Of a stretch of 64,000 nucleotides of DNA, positions 9,556-19,157 are shown one piece after another. Below the pieces are notes generated by a model. The model made no database searches and was not told where the DNA came from. It saw only the letters and a list, made by a program, of their open reading frames with translations. Location: contig JBCBJQ010000007.1 in the NCBI GenBank assembly GCA_038523235.1, positions 58,192-122,191 on the forward strand, written 5' to 3'. The translations under genes and the position numbers were made by a program. The first letter of the stretch is position 1. The number at the start of each line of letters is the position of its first letter. The DNA is from Cyanobacteria bacterium J06626_4. Its GTDB lineage: Bacteria > Cyanobacteriota > Cyanobacteriia > Phormidesmidales > Phormidesmidaceae.

Positions 9556-11190
9556 ATGGCAGTAGGGCGAGGAGACGATTTGGGCAGGGTGACCGAGACC
9601 GGTGGCCCGGTGCATCGACCAGCAGGGAAGCACTGGCGGCGCTGGGGGCGATCGCTGAGTCGGCTCATGGTGATCGTGATGGTGTGGCTAGCTATCGTGC
9701 TGCCCGGAGCAGCGCAATTTCCGTCGTTAGACACAGCCCCTATCGTGTTAGATGGTCGCCCACTGTTTGAAATTGCCTCAACGAATCAAATCGAAGCCGG
9801 TGAACGCGCTGAGGCCATCAGCGCCGCCTTAGAAGAACAGGTCACCTCCAACGATGAACTGACGGTGACGCTCGAAATTCGCAACAAAGCGTCCGTGATT
9901 GTGGTGAACGACCGCTACCTGATGACGGTCACCCAAGAAGATGCCCGCCTGAATAGCGCTCCTTCACCACGGTCACAGGCCCAACAGTGGACTGAGGTAC
10001 TCAATCGCGAGTTGGCCACGGCGCAAGAAGAGCGCAGCCACTCAGTCCTCCGGGAGCGCGTCATCATCGCCCTCGGGATTTTACTGTTGGTGCTGGTGAT
10101 CGATCGGGTCACCGGGGCCCTCTGGCGGCGATCGCTGCGACCGATGCTGACCACCGTCACGACGCCCCATGACGATGGCCATACGCCGCCTGCAGGGCTC
10201 AACCTGCTGCTATCACTCTTACTGAGTGTGATTCGCTTTGCCCTCTGGTTTGGCACCATTACTTACATCACAACGCTGTTTCCGTTTACGCGCCGCTGGA
10301 GCTATTTTTTGCGGCGACAGGCTCTAGTCGGTTTTATCGAGCCCAATTTACGCCTGGGGCAAAATGAGTTTTCCATCGCTAGCCTGTTGATCTTGCTAGG
10401 GCTGTTGCTGGCGCTCGTCGTCGTCTCTGGGATTGTCACTAACTTTTTGCGATCGCGGGTGCTGCGGCTCACAGGTATCGATCGCGGATCACGTGAAGCG
10501 CTCTCGGTGCTGATCAAGTACACCCTGATTTTTGTGGGAGCTGTTGTGCTGCTGCAAATTTGGGGCCTTGACCTGAGTTCACTAGCATTGATTGCCAGCG
10601 CCCTCGGCGTGGGGATTGGCTTAGGCTTGCAAAACATTGCGAAGGACTTTGGCAGCGGCCTAATTTTGATCTTTGAGCGTCCGATTTTAGTGGGGGATTT
10701 TGTCTCATTTGGCGAATTTCAGGGCACGGTTGAACGGATTGGGGGCAGAAGCACGGAAATCAAGACCCTCGACCAAATTTCGATTATTGTGCCGAACTCG
10801 CGCTTTTTAGAGCAAGAGGTAATCAACTGGAGCCACCGCAATCCCGTCTCGCGGATTCGCCTACCGGTTGGCGTGGCTTATCACTCTGATCCCAAAGTGG
10901 TAAAAGAGATTTTGATTGAGGTGTCTTATCACAATGCGCAGGTGCTCTCAAAACCGCCGCCGCTGGTTTTCTTTAAAGGGTTTGGCGACAGCGCCCTAGA
11001 GTTTGAACTGCTGGTGTGGATCGCTGATCCGCCCAAGCAATTGCTGATTATGAGCGATCTCTATTTTGCGATCGAGGCAGCGCTGCGGCAGCACGATATT
11101 GAGATTCCCTTTCCGCAGCGAGATTTGCACATTCGCAGCGGTCAACTGCCGGTCGATCTCCGCGCTGATGCTCAAGCAGAGTCATCTTAG
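9556..11190 (+). CDS. MscS-family mechanosensitive channel with periplasmic N-terminal domain
   Basis: GVGIGLGLQNIAKDFGSGLILIFERP, IIVPNSRF, FGDSALEFEL and IEIPFPQRDLH. Start uncertain. Confidence 0.92.
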   Translation: MAVGRGDDLGRVTETGGPVHRPAGKHWRRWGRSLSRLMVIVMVWLAIVLPGAAQFPSLDTAPIVLDGRPLFEIASTNQIEAGERAEAISAALEEQVTSNDELTVTLEIRNKASVIVVNDRYLMTVTQEDARLNSAPSPRSQAQQWTEVLNRELATAQEERSHSVLRERVIIALGILLLVLVIDRVTGALWRRSLRPMLTTVTTPHDDGHTPPAGLNLLLSLLLSVIRFALWFGTITYITTLFPFTRRWSYFLRRQALVGFIEPNLRLGQNEFSIASLLILLGLLLALVVVSGIVTNFLRSRVLRLTGIDRGSREALSVLIKYTLIFVGAVVLLQIWGLDLSSLALIASALGVGIGLGLQNIAKDFGSGLILIFERPILVGDFVSFGEFQGTVERIGGRSTEIKTLDQISIIVPNSRFLEQEVINWSHRNPVSRIRLPVGVAYHSDPKVVKEILIEVSYHNAQVLSKPPPLVFFKGFGDSALEFELLVWIADPPKQLLIMSDLYFAIEAALRQHDIEIPFPQRDLHIRSGQLPVDLRADAQAESS

Positions 11191-11294
11191 AAGCGCCAGT
11201 TCGAGTTAAGCCAAACCCCGTTTCTTCCCAGAGGAGATGGTCGCCGCAACAAACTGGCAAGCGTGCCTGATGCCCTGATCCCGAACTCAGGTTA
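11191..11294. mobile_element. MITE-like element, short copy (same family as 45622-45798, opposite orientation)
   Basis: Ends AAGCGCCAGTTCGAGTTAAG...TGATCCCGAACTCAGGTTA match the reverse complement of the ends of 45622-45798. Confidence 0.65.
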
Positions 11295-11355
11295 GAAACA
11301 TTGTCCAGCAACGCGTTCTATCAATCGCCGGTCTGGCAAAACTAGACAGCGGAGT

Positions 11356-11435
11356 CATTTGCTGAGGACACCGGCGAGCGCTCTAATCCCTAGCGCTTCA
11401 GCAAAGTGGCCAGCGCGATATGCTGGCCGCTTTGC
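11356..11435. repeat. REPIN-like dispersed element, copy B, ending in a full hairpin
   Basis: GCAAAGTGGCCAGC-GCGATAT-GCTGGCCGCTTTGC. The preceding ~45 bp resemble the reverse complement of the cores of copies A and C. Confidence 0.7.
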
Positions 11436-11436
11436 C

Positions 11437-13629
11437 TTAAATCGCCAAGTTAATATCGATGGGCAAAGTAATATTAAAGGCCGTTTGAGAAGATCTGCTG
11501 GTAACTGCGATTTGCCCGCCGATGTGCCACAGTAGCTTTTGCACCAAAGCTAGGCCCAGTCCCGTCCCCCCCTGTTTCCAAGGATCAGAACTAGGCACTC
11601 GATAAAACTTGTCGAAAATGCGCGGCAGCTCTGCCTCTGGAATTTCGACCCCAGAGTTGGCGATAGTCACTAGCAATTGGTCGTTGGATTGAGCGATCGC
11701 TGATACAGAAATTGTTTCGCCGGGGGGGGTGTATTTGCAGGCGTTGTTCAGCAGCTCAGCAAAAACCCGCTCCAAACTGGCCTGATCACTGATGATATGG
11801 GGCAACTCGTCAGGCAGCACGATGGAAAGTGCCTGCTCACGGCTTTGGGCGCGTTCATAAAAGCCATTAGCGATGCCGGTGAGCCAGCTTTGCAGATTGA
11901 TGCGCTGCGGGGTGATGGGGTGGTTGCCGCCATCTAGCCGCTGCAAATCTAAGAGATCGTTGATGAGACTGATTTCTCGCTCACACTCTTCCTTCAAAAC
12001 CACGTAGTAGCGAGCCACTCGATTTTGGCTGGTTTTCGGTTTTTGCAGCTCTTCGTTCAGGCCCAGCTCTTGATTGAGGGTGACCCCCAGCAGCTGCAGC
12101 GCGACTCGCATGCTGGTCACAGGGGTGCGCAGCTCGTGGGAAACTGTGCTCAAAAAGTCGTCTTTGAGCTGGTTGAGCCGCTCTAACTCTTTGACTTGAG
12201 CTTGCGCCGCTTGATACAACCGGGCTTGCCGAATAGCGATCGCACACTGATTAGCCACCTGCTGCACCAGCCGAATTTCCTGTTCGGCAAAGCCATAGTC
12301 TTTTTCATTAATCAGCCAGAGATCGCCCAACACGCCGCGATCGTCGCGGATCGGGCAGGCAAACATCGCCACATGCCCCCGCACCGGATTGGGTTCCTTC
12401 GAGCAAAATTGAAAATACTGGCCGTTTAACAACTGGTGATAGACCTCAGGAAAGGCCTCCATCTGAGCCACTCGGCCCTGATAGGGCGGCAGCGATTCAT
12501 TGTATTCGTAGTAAATCGTTGAGGTGCCCTGCTCTAAATCATAGAGGGCCGTATTCGAGCCCTTGGCCCCCAGGACCCCGGTCAATTCTTCGACCGCCGT
12601 TTGCAAAATTTGCGATTCATCTAAGCTGTCGCGGACGCGGTCGGCAATGAGTTTCAGCGTGGCCTCAAAATCTAACGCCTGCCGCAGCTGTCGGGTGCGC
12701 TGCTCCACCTGGGTTTCTAACTCGGCGTTGAGCTGTCGGACTTGGGCGTAGAGATCGGCTTGGGCGATCGCCCGCCCCACCTGAGTGGCTACATCCTGCA
12801 GCGACTCGATCTCCCATTGCATCCACGGCCGCGGATGACGACAGTCATGCACACAAATTAGCCCCAACAGCGTGTCGCCCTGAACAGCGGGAATGGTGAT
12901 CTGCGACTGGACGTTGACGGCCTTGAGATAAACGCGCTGGGCTTCAGGCAAATCAGAGTTCTCGACGTCTTCAACTGCGCTGAACTGGCCTTGCTGATAT
13001 TGCTCCAATTCGGCGGGGTCAAAGCAGGTCTCGTCGAGCAACAGCTCTTTGAGCGAGTTCTGATCGGGCACAACGGCTTCGGCCACGACCCCTAATTGAT
13101 CAGGACGCAAGCTATAAAACAGCACCCGATCCGCTTCTAAAAACCGCCGCAACTCTTCCATACTGCGCTCTAGCAAGTTAGCCGGACGCATGGAATGCAG
13201 CAGGTGCTTAGCGATCGCGCCCAACAGTCGTTCTCGCCGTGACTCTTGCTGAAGGCGCTGCTCGGTCTCAACGCGCTGGGTGATGTCTCGTAGGATGTGA
13301 GTTAGAAAGGGTGACTGATTTTGGTCAGTCCACAAGCTAATCTTGACCGCCAAAATGCGCACTTCATCTTGTCCGTTGCGCAGCGCAATCTCCCGCTCTT
13401 GCACGGCCTGGGTTGCTAAAGCTCGCTGCTGCAGCCCTCGGAGAATGTCTAACCCCGAACTGGTCAGCAGATCAGGCTTTTGTTGACCTAACAGAATCCC
13501 TGAGGGATAGCCCAGCAGATCGCAGCAGGCCGCGTTGACATAGACCCAATCGTCTTTGGCATCGGTGATAAAAACCGGGTCAGCGATCGCGTCAAGAACA
13601 GTCGACGTAGCGGTTAAGGTATCAGTCAC
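11437..13629 (-). CDS. PAS-GAF-GAF sensor histidine kinase
   Basis: PAS (YVNAACCDLLGY), two GAF domains, H-box FLSTVSHELRTP, N-box ELLNNACKY and G2 GGTGLGLALV. Start inferred at GTG 13629; the ORF is open to 13722. Confidence 0.92.
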   Translation of the reverse strand: MTDTLTATSTVLDAIADPVFITDAKDDWVYVNAACCDLLGYPSGILLGQQKPDLLTSSGLDILRGLQQRALATQAVQEREIALRNGQDEVRILAVKISLWTDQNQSPFLTHILRDITQRVETEQRLQQESRRERLLGAIAKHLLHSMRPANLLERSMEELRRFLEADRVLFYSLRPDQLGVVAEAVVPDQNSLKELLLDETCFDPAELEQYQQGQFSAVEDVENSDLPEAQRVYLKAVNVQSQITIPAVQGDTLLGLICVHDCRHPRPWMQWEIESLQDVATQVGRAIAQADLYAQVRQLNAELETQVEQRTRQLRQALDFEATLKLIADRVRDSLDESQILQTAVEELTGVLGAKGSNTALYDLEQGTSTIYYEYNESLPPYQGRVAQMEAFPEVYHQLLNGQYFQFCSKEPNPVRGHVAMFACPIRDDRGVLGDLWLINEKDYGFAEQEIRLVQQVANQCAIAIRQARLYQAAQAQVKELERLNQLKDDFLSTVSHELRTPVTSMRVALQLLGVTLNQELGLNEELQKPKTSQNRVARYYVVLKEECEREISLINDLLDLQRLDGGNHPITPQRINLQSWLTGIANGFYERAQSREQALSIVLPDELPHIISDQASLERVFAELLNNACKYTPPGETISVSAIAQSNDQLLVTIANSGVEIPEAELPRIFDKFYRVPSSDPWKQGGTGLGLALVQKLLWHIGGQIAVTSRSSQTAFNITLPIDINLAI

Positions 13630-14103
13630 TTGCCTACGGGGAGAGAGCAGTTTTACGGTCAGAAAATTCGAGAGCCAGACCTGATGAGGGACGTAAATAG
13701 ACAATATATTCCAGAGAATCACCTTCTCAGGAACAGAGCGTTAGTGCCGCCTAAGGACTTCGGCAGGCCGGGCCAGCAGGGGCCTCACCGTCACAGTTAG
13801 GCGGCCTAAAACTATCCAACAAGGGGGGCTAGGGGCGTTCATGCCGTTGCACCAAGGCTGGCGAAGGGGGCTGGGGATTGAGCAAGGATACGGTCAAGCA
13901 ACCAACATCACGCCAAGATTATTAGAGACAATCGATTTACGTATAACTACGGAAAATTGGCCCGTATTGGCTCCAGGGCTTCACAATACCTGAGTGATCC
14001 TTACCAAAACCACACATACACTATTCCCCGAATTTTTCAGAAATGCGCACTTACTCGAGGGGGAACAGACCAAGATCCGTGTAATTGATGCCGACAGTAT
14101 TCC

Positions 14104-14132
14104 AAAAAAAAGGTGCCTCCGAAGAAGCACCT
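14104..14132 (-). terminator. Intrinsic terminator of the putative sRNA
   Basis: 9-bp stem, C(UUCG)G tetraloop and a U-tract. Confidence 0.8.
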
Positions 14133-14186
14133 AGACCTTTGTTGAGAGGAGAACAGGAATACCCATCGGTATAACGCTCTACGTTG
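14104..14186 (-). ncRNA. Putative iron-stress sRNA, IsaR1-like
   Basis: The minus strand reads ...CCTGTTCTCCTCTCAACAAAGGTCT-AGGTGCTTC-TTCG-GAGGCACCT-TTTTTTT, with its own promoter and Fur-type box upstream. TGTTCTCCTCTC matches the IsaR1 seed as I recall it. Confidence 0.6.
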
Positions 14187-14192
14187 ACCCCT

Positions 14193-14221
14193 ATTGTAGT
14201 TTATTGCGATTTAATGTCAAT
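14193..14221 (-). promoter_or_regulatory. Sigma70-type promoter overlapped by a Fur-type box
   Basis: Minus strand TTGACA-N16-TACAAT. ATTGACATTAAATCGCAAT (14203-14221) matches ATTGAnAATnATTnTCAAT at 13 of 16 fixed positions. Confidence 0.7.
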
Positions 14222-14493
14222 AATAAGCTTGCAAAATCGCAGTCTTGCTCGCCACACAATCAGTGGCAACGCCCTATGCTTTTAGGCCTCTTTGCAGCTC
14301 GGTTAGTTGTCTGGAAAGGGTTCTTGGCCGTGGAGGGGTTGTTTGGCCGGATGATTCGCCCAGGTGTTTCTTGATGAACTATGAGAATCTTTAGCGTTCA
14401 ATGTCAGTAGCGGTTGGGGCTCTCAGCACAAAGCGCTTAGACTCAAGACGGGGACTGTAACCTTGACCCATAGCTGTTTGCCTAGCGCGATAG

Positions 14494-14946
14494 ATGGTGA
14501 CTGTTTTTGTGTACGGCACGCTCAAACCGGGAGAAGCGGCCTACCGGCGCTATTGTCAGCCGCAGGTGGTATCGGCCCAGCCCGCGCTAGTGCAAGGTGA
14601 CCTGTTCCATCTGCCTCAGGGCTATCCGGCGCTGACGGTGGGCGATCGCTGGATTAAAGGTTTTCGGCTGCAGCTACAGGATGATCGCGCGATCGCCACC
14701 ATCGATGAGTTTGAAGATTATGACCCCAGCCGTCTGGCGGCTGAAAACCTCTATGTCAGACAACAATTGCCGATATTTTCCCCCACGCGACACCCGTTGG
14801 GGACGGCCTGGGTTTATCAAATGGAACGACAGCGGATCCAGGCCCTAGGGGGTGTGGTGGTGACCTCAGGTGATTGGAGCAGACAACAGTGGCCCAGTCT
14901 GGCACCGCTGGAACTCACCGATGATGTCGACCGTGAGGCACGCTAA
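14494..14946 (+). CDS. Gamma-glutamylcyclotransferase (AIG2-like) family protein
   Basis: VFVYGTLKPG, GYPAL, IDEFE and AWVY. Confidence 0.88.
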   Translation: MVTVFVYGTLKPGEAAYRRYCQPQVVSAQPALVQGDLFHLPQGYPALTVGDRWIKGFRLQLQDDRAIATIDEFEDYDPSRLAAENLYVRQQLPIFSPTRHPLGTAWVYQMERQRIQALGGVVVTSGDWSRQQWPSLAPLELTDDVDREAR

Positions 14947-14959
14947 CGACAGAACTTGC

Positions 14960-15146
14960 TTAGGGTCGGGAATTTCATAATGCGTCAATTTTTCCCCTCT
15001 CGGGCGGGGTGCCTGCAGGGCGGGCGGGGTGGGTTCAATCTCAAGCACTCGCGGTTAACCCACCCCGTGAGCCCCTCCCAGGAGGGGAAGCGTGGTCGGC
15101 TTTGCCTCAGATCAAATTGAGGACTTTATTTAATCCTTATTCCTAG
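14960..15146. repeat. Composite dispersed repeat: paired REP-like core inside degenerate inverted termini
   Basis: Core GGGGTGGGTT...AACCCACCCC...GCCCCTCCCAGGAGGGGAA (14992-15089), also at 45679-45763 with a half copy at 31475-31505. The outer ~33 bp are imperfect inverted repeats. Confidence 0.65.
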
Positions 15147-15285
15147 GGGCGGTCATGGGCCAGAGCCATCGCTGAGCATACGACGAGTTCAGCCCAAGAG
15201 CCGGGCGCCCCATCTTGAAGGTTGCTGTGTCTAATGAATGACGCGACCTAATATAGAAGGACGCTTAACCCAATCTAAATCCTTC

Positions 15286-16494
15286 ATGCTCGACCGAATC
15301 CGCGCGATCGCTGACCGCCTCACCCCTCGCCTGATCGAAATCCGCCGTCATCTGCACAGTCATCCCGAGCTCAGTGGTCAGGAATATCAAACCGCTGCCT
15401 ATATTGCGGGCGTTCTTTCCTCTTTTGGGCTCAAGACCCAAGAACTGGTCGGCAAAACCGGCGTCGTTGCTGACCTGCCAGGCCAGGGACAGCGAGCCGA
15501 CTACTTGGCCCTCCGCACTGATATGGATGCCTTACCAATCCTAGAGAAAACCCCTCTGGACTTTGTGTCTCAAAAACCCGGCGTCATGCATGCCTGCGGC
15601 CACGATGTGCACACGACCGTGGGCCTAGGGGTCGCCATGGTGTTGGCAGAACTGGACGAGCCGCTGCCGGGGCCGCTCCGATTTATCTTTCAACCCGCAG
15701 AAGAAACGGCTCAGGGAGCGCGGTGGATGGTCGCCGATGACGTGATGACTGGGGTTGCCGCCATTTTGGGCGTGCATGTTTACCCCTCGGTAATGGGGGG
15801 GGACATTGGCATTCGCTATGGCGCCCTGACTGCGGCGGCAGATGATTTGGAAATCAATATCGTGGGCGAATCCGGGCACGGGGCACGCCCCCATGAGGCG
15901 ATCGATGCCATTTGGATTGCGGCGCAAGTGGTAACCACGCTGCAGCAGGCGATCAGCCGGACTCACAACCCGTTGCGGCCCGTCGTGCTGACGATTGGCC
16001 AGATTCAAGGCGGGCGCGCCCCCAATGTCATTGCCGATCATGTGCGTCTGACCGGCACCGTGCGATCGCTGCATCCTGACACCCGCCGCGAACTCCCCCA
16101 GTGGATCGAGGCGATCGTGGCAGGGATGTGCGAACCCTTTGGCGCAAAATATGAAATCAGCTATCGTCCCGGTGTGCCGGCGGTGCTGAATGATCCGTCT
16201 CTGACGCAGTTGGTAGAGCGCTGTGCCAGAGACGTTTGCGGCGATGACCATGTGCAATTAATTGATGAGTCTTCTCTGGGGGCTGAAGACTTTTCGGTCT
16301 ATCTCGACTACGCGCCCGGCAGCATGTTTCGCTTAGGCATTGGGGCGGCTGACGCGACAAACTATCCCCTCCATCATCCCAAGTTTGCCGTGAATGAGGC
16401 GGCGATCGCCATCGGCGTCACGACCCTCGCCCATGCCATGGTGCGCTACTGGCAAACGTCAGAGGCCCCGAACGGAAAGCCTGCAGCCATTTGA
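15286..16494 (+). CDS. M20-family amidohydrolase (N-acyl-L-amino acid amidohydrolase type)
   Basis: RRHLHSHPELS, LRTDMDALP, MHACGHDVH, FQPAEE, GAEDF and LHHPKF. Confidence 0.92.
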   Translation: MLDRIRAIADRLTPRLIEIRRHLHSHPELSGQEYQTAAYIAGVLSSFGLKTQELVGKTGVVADLPGQGQRADYLALRTDMDALPILEKTPLDFVSQKPGVMHACGHDVHTTVGLGVAMVLAELDEPLPGPLRFIFQPAEETAQGARWMVADDVMTGVAAILGVHVYPSVMGGDIGIRYGALTAAADDLEINIVGESGHGARPHEAIDAIWIAAQVVTTLQQAISRTHNPLRPVVLTIGQIQGGRAPNVIADHVRLTGTVRSLHPDTRRELPQWIEAIVAGMCEPFGAKYEISYRPGVPAVLNDPSLTQLVERCARDVCGDDHVQLIDESSLGAEDFSVYLDYAPGSMFRLGIGAADATNYPLHHPKFAVNEAAIAIGVTTLAHAMVRYWQTSEAPNGKPAAI

Positions 16495-16698
16495 CATCGC
16501 CTCCCAGCGTAGAAGCAGGCTTTGCTCAATGAGACCACCGCTGTTTGGGGTGGCCTGAGGCTAGTATCACGGTGAGCAGCGATCGCCTCACGTCTGCGGC
16601 TTCCACCCCCTGAAGGCAGTCCTTAAACCCTGCCTTCAGGGGCATGGCAGTATCGAGGATGTCTGCTACTGTTTGGGAAATCTTTGCGATTATGAACT

Positions 16699-17142
16699 AT
16701 GGCCTATCCTCCCGACCCGCCACCCTCCGGACAGCCGCCCCAATACCCCCCGCCCGAGCCAGACCCCTGGCAACCTCAGCCAACACCGGCTCAAGAGCGC
16801 CAACGGCTCGCCCAAGAGGCCGCGATTCAAGCCAAAGCGGAAAAACTCACACTGCTCGATAAGTTTGTCAGAGGCGTGATCTATTTGGTCGGGGCCTTAG
16901 AGGTGCTCTTGTCCCTACGATTTCTGCTCCGGCTAACGGCAGCCAACCCCGACAACACCTTCGCCAATGTCATTTATGGCCTATCCCAGCCGTTTGTTGA
17001 TCCTTTTTCCACACTGTTTGTGAGCCCCACCTTTAACGGTAGCGCCAATATTTTTGATGTGAACCTGCTCGTAGCGATGGCTGCCTATTTAGCGCTGTTG
17101 TCCCTATTCTTAGGCTTGATCCACGTCTTTACCAACCGCTAA
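16699..17142 (+). CDS. YggT-family membrane protein with Pro/Gln-rich N-terminus
   Basis: LRFLLRLTAANPDNTFANVIYGLSQPFVDPF and two hydrophobic segments. Confidence 0.75.
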   Translation: MAYPPDPPPSGQPPQYPPPEPDPWQPQPTPAQERQRLAQEAAIQAKAEKLTLLDKFVRGVIYLVGALEVLLSLRFLLRLTAANPDNTFANVIYGLSQPFVDPFSTLFVSPTFNGSANIFDVNLLVAMAAYLALLSLFLGLIHVFTNR

Positions 17143-17286
17143 CGCGCCTCGCTGCCAATACAGCTCGCTGCCAATGCGGCAGTTCAGACGAGGTCAGCAC
17201 CATCCATAGAGAGGATACTCTGCTGACACCTTTTGCTATGGCGATCCGAGTAAAGAAGAATACTTAGCTGCGCAGCCACAGCAATC

Positions 17287-17339
17287 CACCCCAGCAAAAA
17301 GGGAGACGCTTTTAAGACGCCTCCCTTTTTGCTGGGGTG
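17287..17339. terminator. Long hairpin between convergent genes (probable bidirectional terminator)
   Basis: 19-bp perfect arms CACCCCAGCAAAAAGGGAG / CTCCCTTTTTGCTGGGGTG. Confidence 0.75.
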
Positions 17340-17364
17340 AATTAAGGTCAGATTGGGTTGGTCC

Positions 17365-17553
17365 CTACCGACAGGCTGCGGCCACCAAACCAGGCGCATA
17401 GGCTTCAACGACGTTACCTGTATCGCTACAGGTGATCATTAAATAATCGCAGTGAGGGCACTGGGTGCGAATTAAAGCCTCTTTGTTCAAGAAATGGCGA
17501 GAAGCATGACCGCCGCAGTTAGGGCAGTTGACAATGTGGGAAGCGTGATTCAT
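17365..17553 (-). CDS. Small conserved cyanobacterial zinc-ribbon protein (62 aa)
   Basis: CPNCG...CPHCDYLMITC...VVEAYAPG. Confidence 0.75.
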   Translation of the reverse strand: MNHASHIVNCPNCGGHASRHFLNKEALIRTQCPHCDYLMITCSDTGNVVEAYAPGLVAAACR

Positions 17554-17825
17554 GGATAGTGTGCTGACGGGGAATAGGGATCTGTAATCGAGTCTGCCGG
17601 GCTCCGTCGCGGTGTGACGATAAGTGAACTTATTCGTCGCACTGTTGCGGGGATCGCTTCAGAATCAATAGTTTAAAACAACTGTTGATATATGAAAATG
17701 TTATTCCAAATAACATTAAAACGGCAACAAAAAACCAAAAAATATTTCAAAAGATATATTAAAGCTTGATCCCAATTGGTTTTAAGGCTTTTTCTGTCGA
17801 TTTCACGATCTCAAAATAAAAAAAT

Positions 17826-17839
17826 GTAAGGTTTAATAC
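17826..17839. promoter_or_regulatory. Candidate NtcA binding site
   Basis: GTA-AGGTTTAA-TAC (GTA-N8-TAC) with an A-rich 5' flank in an AT-rich intergenic region. A GTA-N8-AAC variant is at 17983-17996. Confidence 0.45.
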
Positions 17840-18094
17840 CAATAGAATTAATAAAAGCTTAAATTTCTGCTGGCAATAGAGAAACTCCATTCATTGACTC
17901 TTCCCATTGATAGTGGGCGACTACCGCCTGCCCACAGCAGCAAATAGACTCAGCTAAAGTCCTGGACCTGGGCTGATTCTTTGTAAAAACTGCAACATTT
18001 TTACCATGCTTAATTATCTTTTAATGATTGCGGAATTTACCCAGAGACCGTCAGTCTCGGACTGCCGTTGCTAAGTACCGGTTGCTAGCAAAAC

Positions 18095-18958
18095 TCAGGC
18101 TGGCTCGGGCGGAAATGGCTCAGGATGAGATTCATGCTCAATCTCAAAGACATGTCCATAAAGGCTGGAGAGAATCTGTTTGCCCTCTTGGGTGAGTTTG
18201 AGATAAGCGATCGCACTTTTGATGTACGGATACACCGTCTGCCAGTAGAAATGGGGGTACTTAAGGCGGAGATCTTCAGGATTGCGGTAGCCCAGCTGCT
18301 CATTGACCCCGGTTTCTTCAAACTCGTAGAACAAGGCGGGAATTTTGTGGAGATAGCGGGGATCAGACAGCTGCCCGATCAGATCAGCGGCCCTGACCAG
18401 CCCCGGAAAGTTAGTCGTATCTTGATGGTCGGTATCGAGCGGCACGGGAAAGCGGGTCAGCTCAATATTGCGCTTGATGATTTCGGCATTAATTAGGCTG
18501 TGCCCCCCAAATCGCTCTTGCACAAAGAGCTTGCCGCGATCAACGTGATACGGCGTCAGACTCGCGTCAGTGTGTCCCTCAGGAAACTGCACGGTATCGT
18601 CCTGCTGACCGGTGGCATAAATGCGGAGCGACATCACATCTTGGCGGCAAACGCCTTTGACGTAGCCGATATCGTGGCAGACCAACGAAATCGTGAAATG
18701 GAGCCAGTCTTCACAAGACACGCGCCCTTCACGAATATGCTTGCCCCGTAAAATCTGCTGGCCTACCAGTGTGACAAACACCATGTGTTCGACGTCATGG
18801 TAAAGCGCGTTGCTATTGGCAATCGTTTCACCGCCCATATTGCCGACCCAGGCAATGATGTCGGCGTAGTTTTGCTTCAAGCCGCCGTAGGTCTGGGCAT
18901 AGTTAACGCGCAGTTCTTCGACGAAGGCATTACATAAAAGTTTGTTGGGATTCAACAT
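18095..18958 (-). CDS. HD-domain metalloprotein (Npun_R2479-like family)
   Basis: ALYHDVEH, CHDIGY, PYHVDRG and RAADLIGQLSDP. Confidence 0.85.
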   Translation of the reverse strand: MLNPNKLLCNAFVEELRVNYAQTYGGLKQNYADIIAWVGNMGGETIANSNALYHDVEHMVFVTLVGQQILRGKHIREGRVSCEDWLHFTISLVCHDIGYVKGVCRQDVMSLRIYATGQQDDTVQFPEGHTDASLTPYHVDRGKLFVQERFGGHSLINAEIIKRNIELTRFPVPLDTDHQDTTNFPGLVRAADLIGQLSDPRYLHKIPALFYEFEETGVNEQLGYRNPEDLRLKYPHFYWQTVYPYIKSAIAYLKLTQEGKQILSSLYGHVFEIEHESHPEPFPPEPA

Positions 18959-19157
18959 CGATGATTGATCTGTGGACTCTGCAGGAAAACACGCCTACGC
19001 CTGTTCTAGCCCATATAACAAAAGCGTAACAAACTAATCAGGACACTTCATCTATCGTTTGTACGACCTTCGTCAAGGCAGAAAAAAACACAGCAGGCTG
19101 ATGATTGCCACCCAGTAGCAACTTCATCGGGGAGCCGGGGCGTTTCGTAAATCCCTA

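Noticed and set aside
17365..17553. Calling the zinc-ribbon ORF priA
   Set aside because: It is 62 aa with no helicase motifs; only the Cys pattern is similar.
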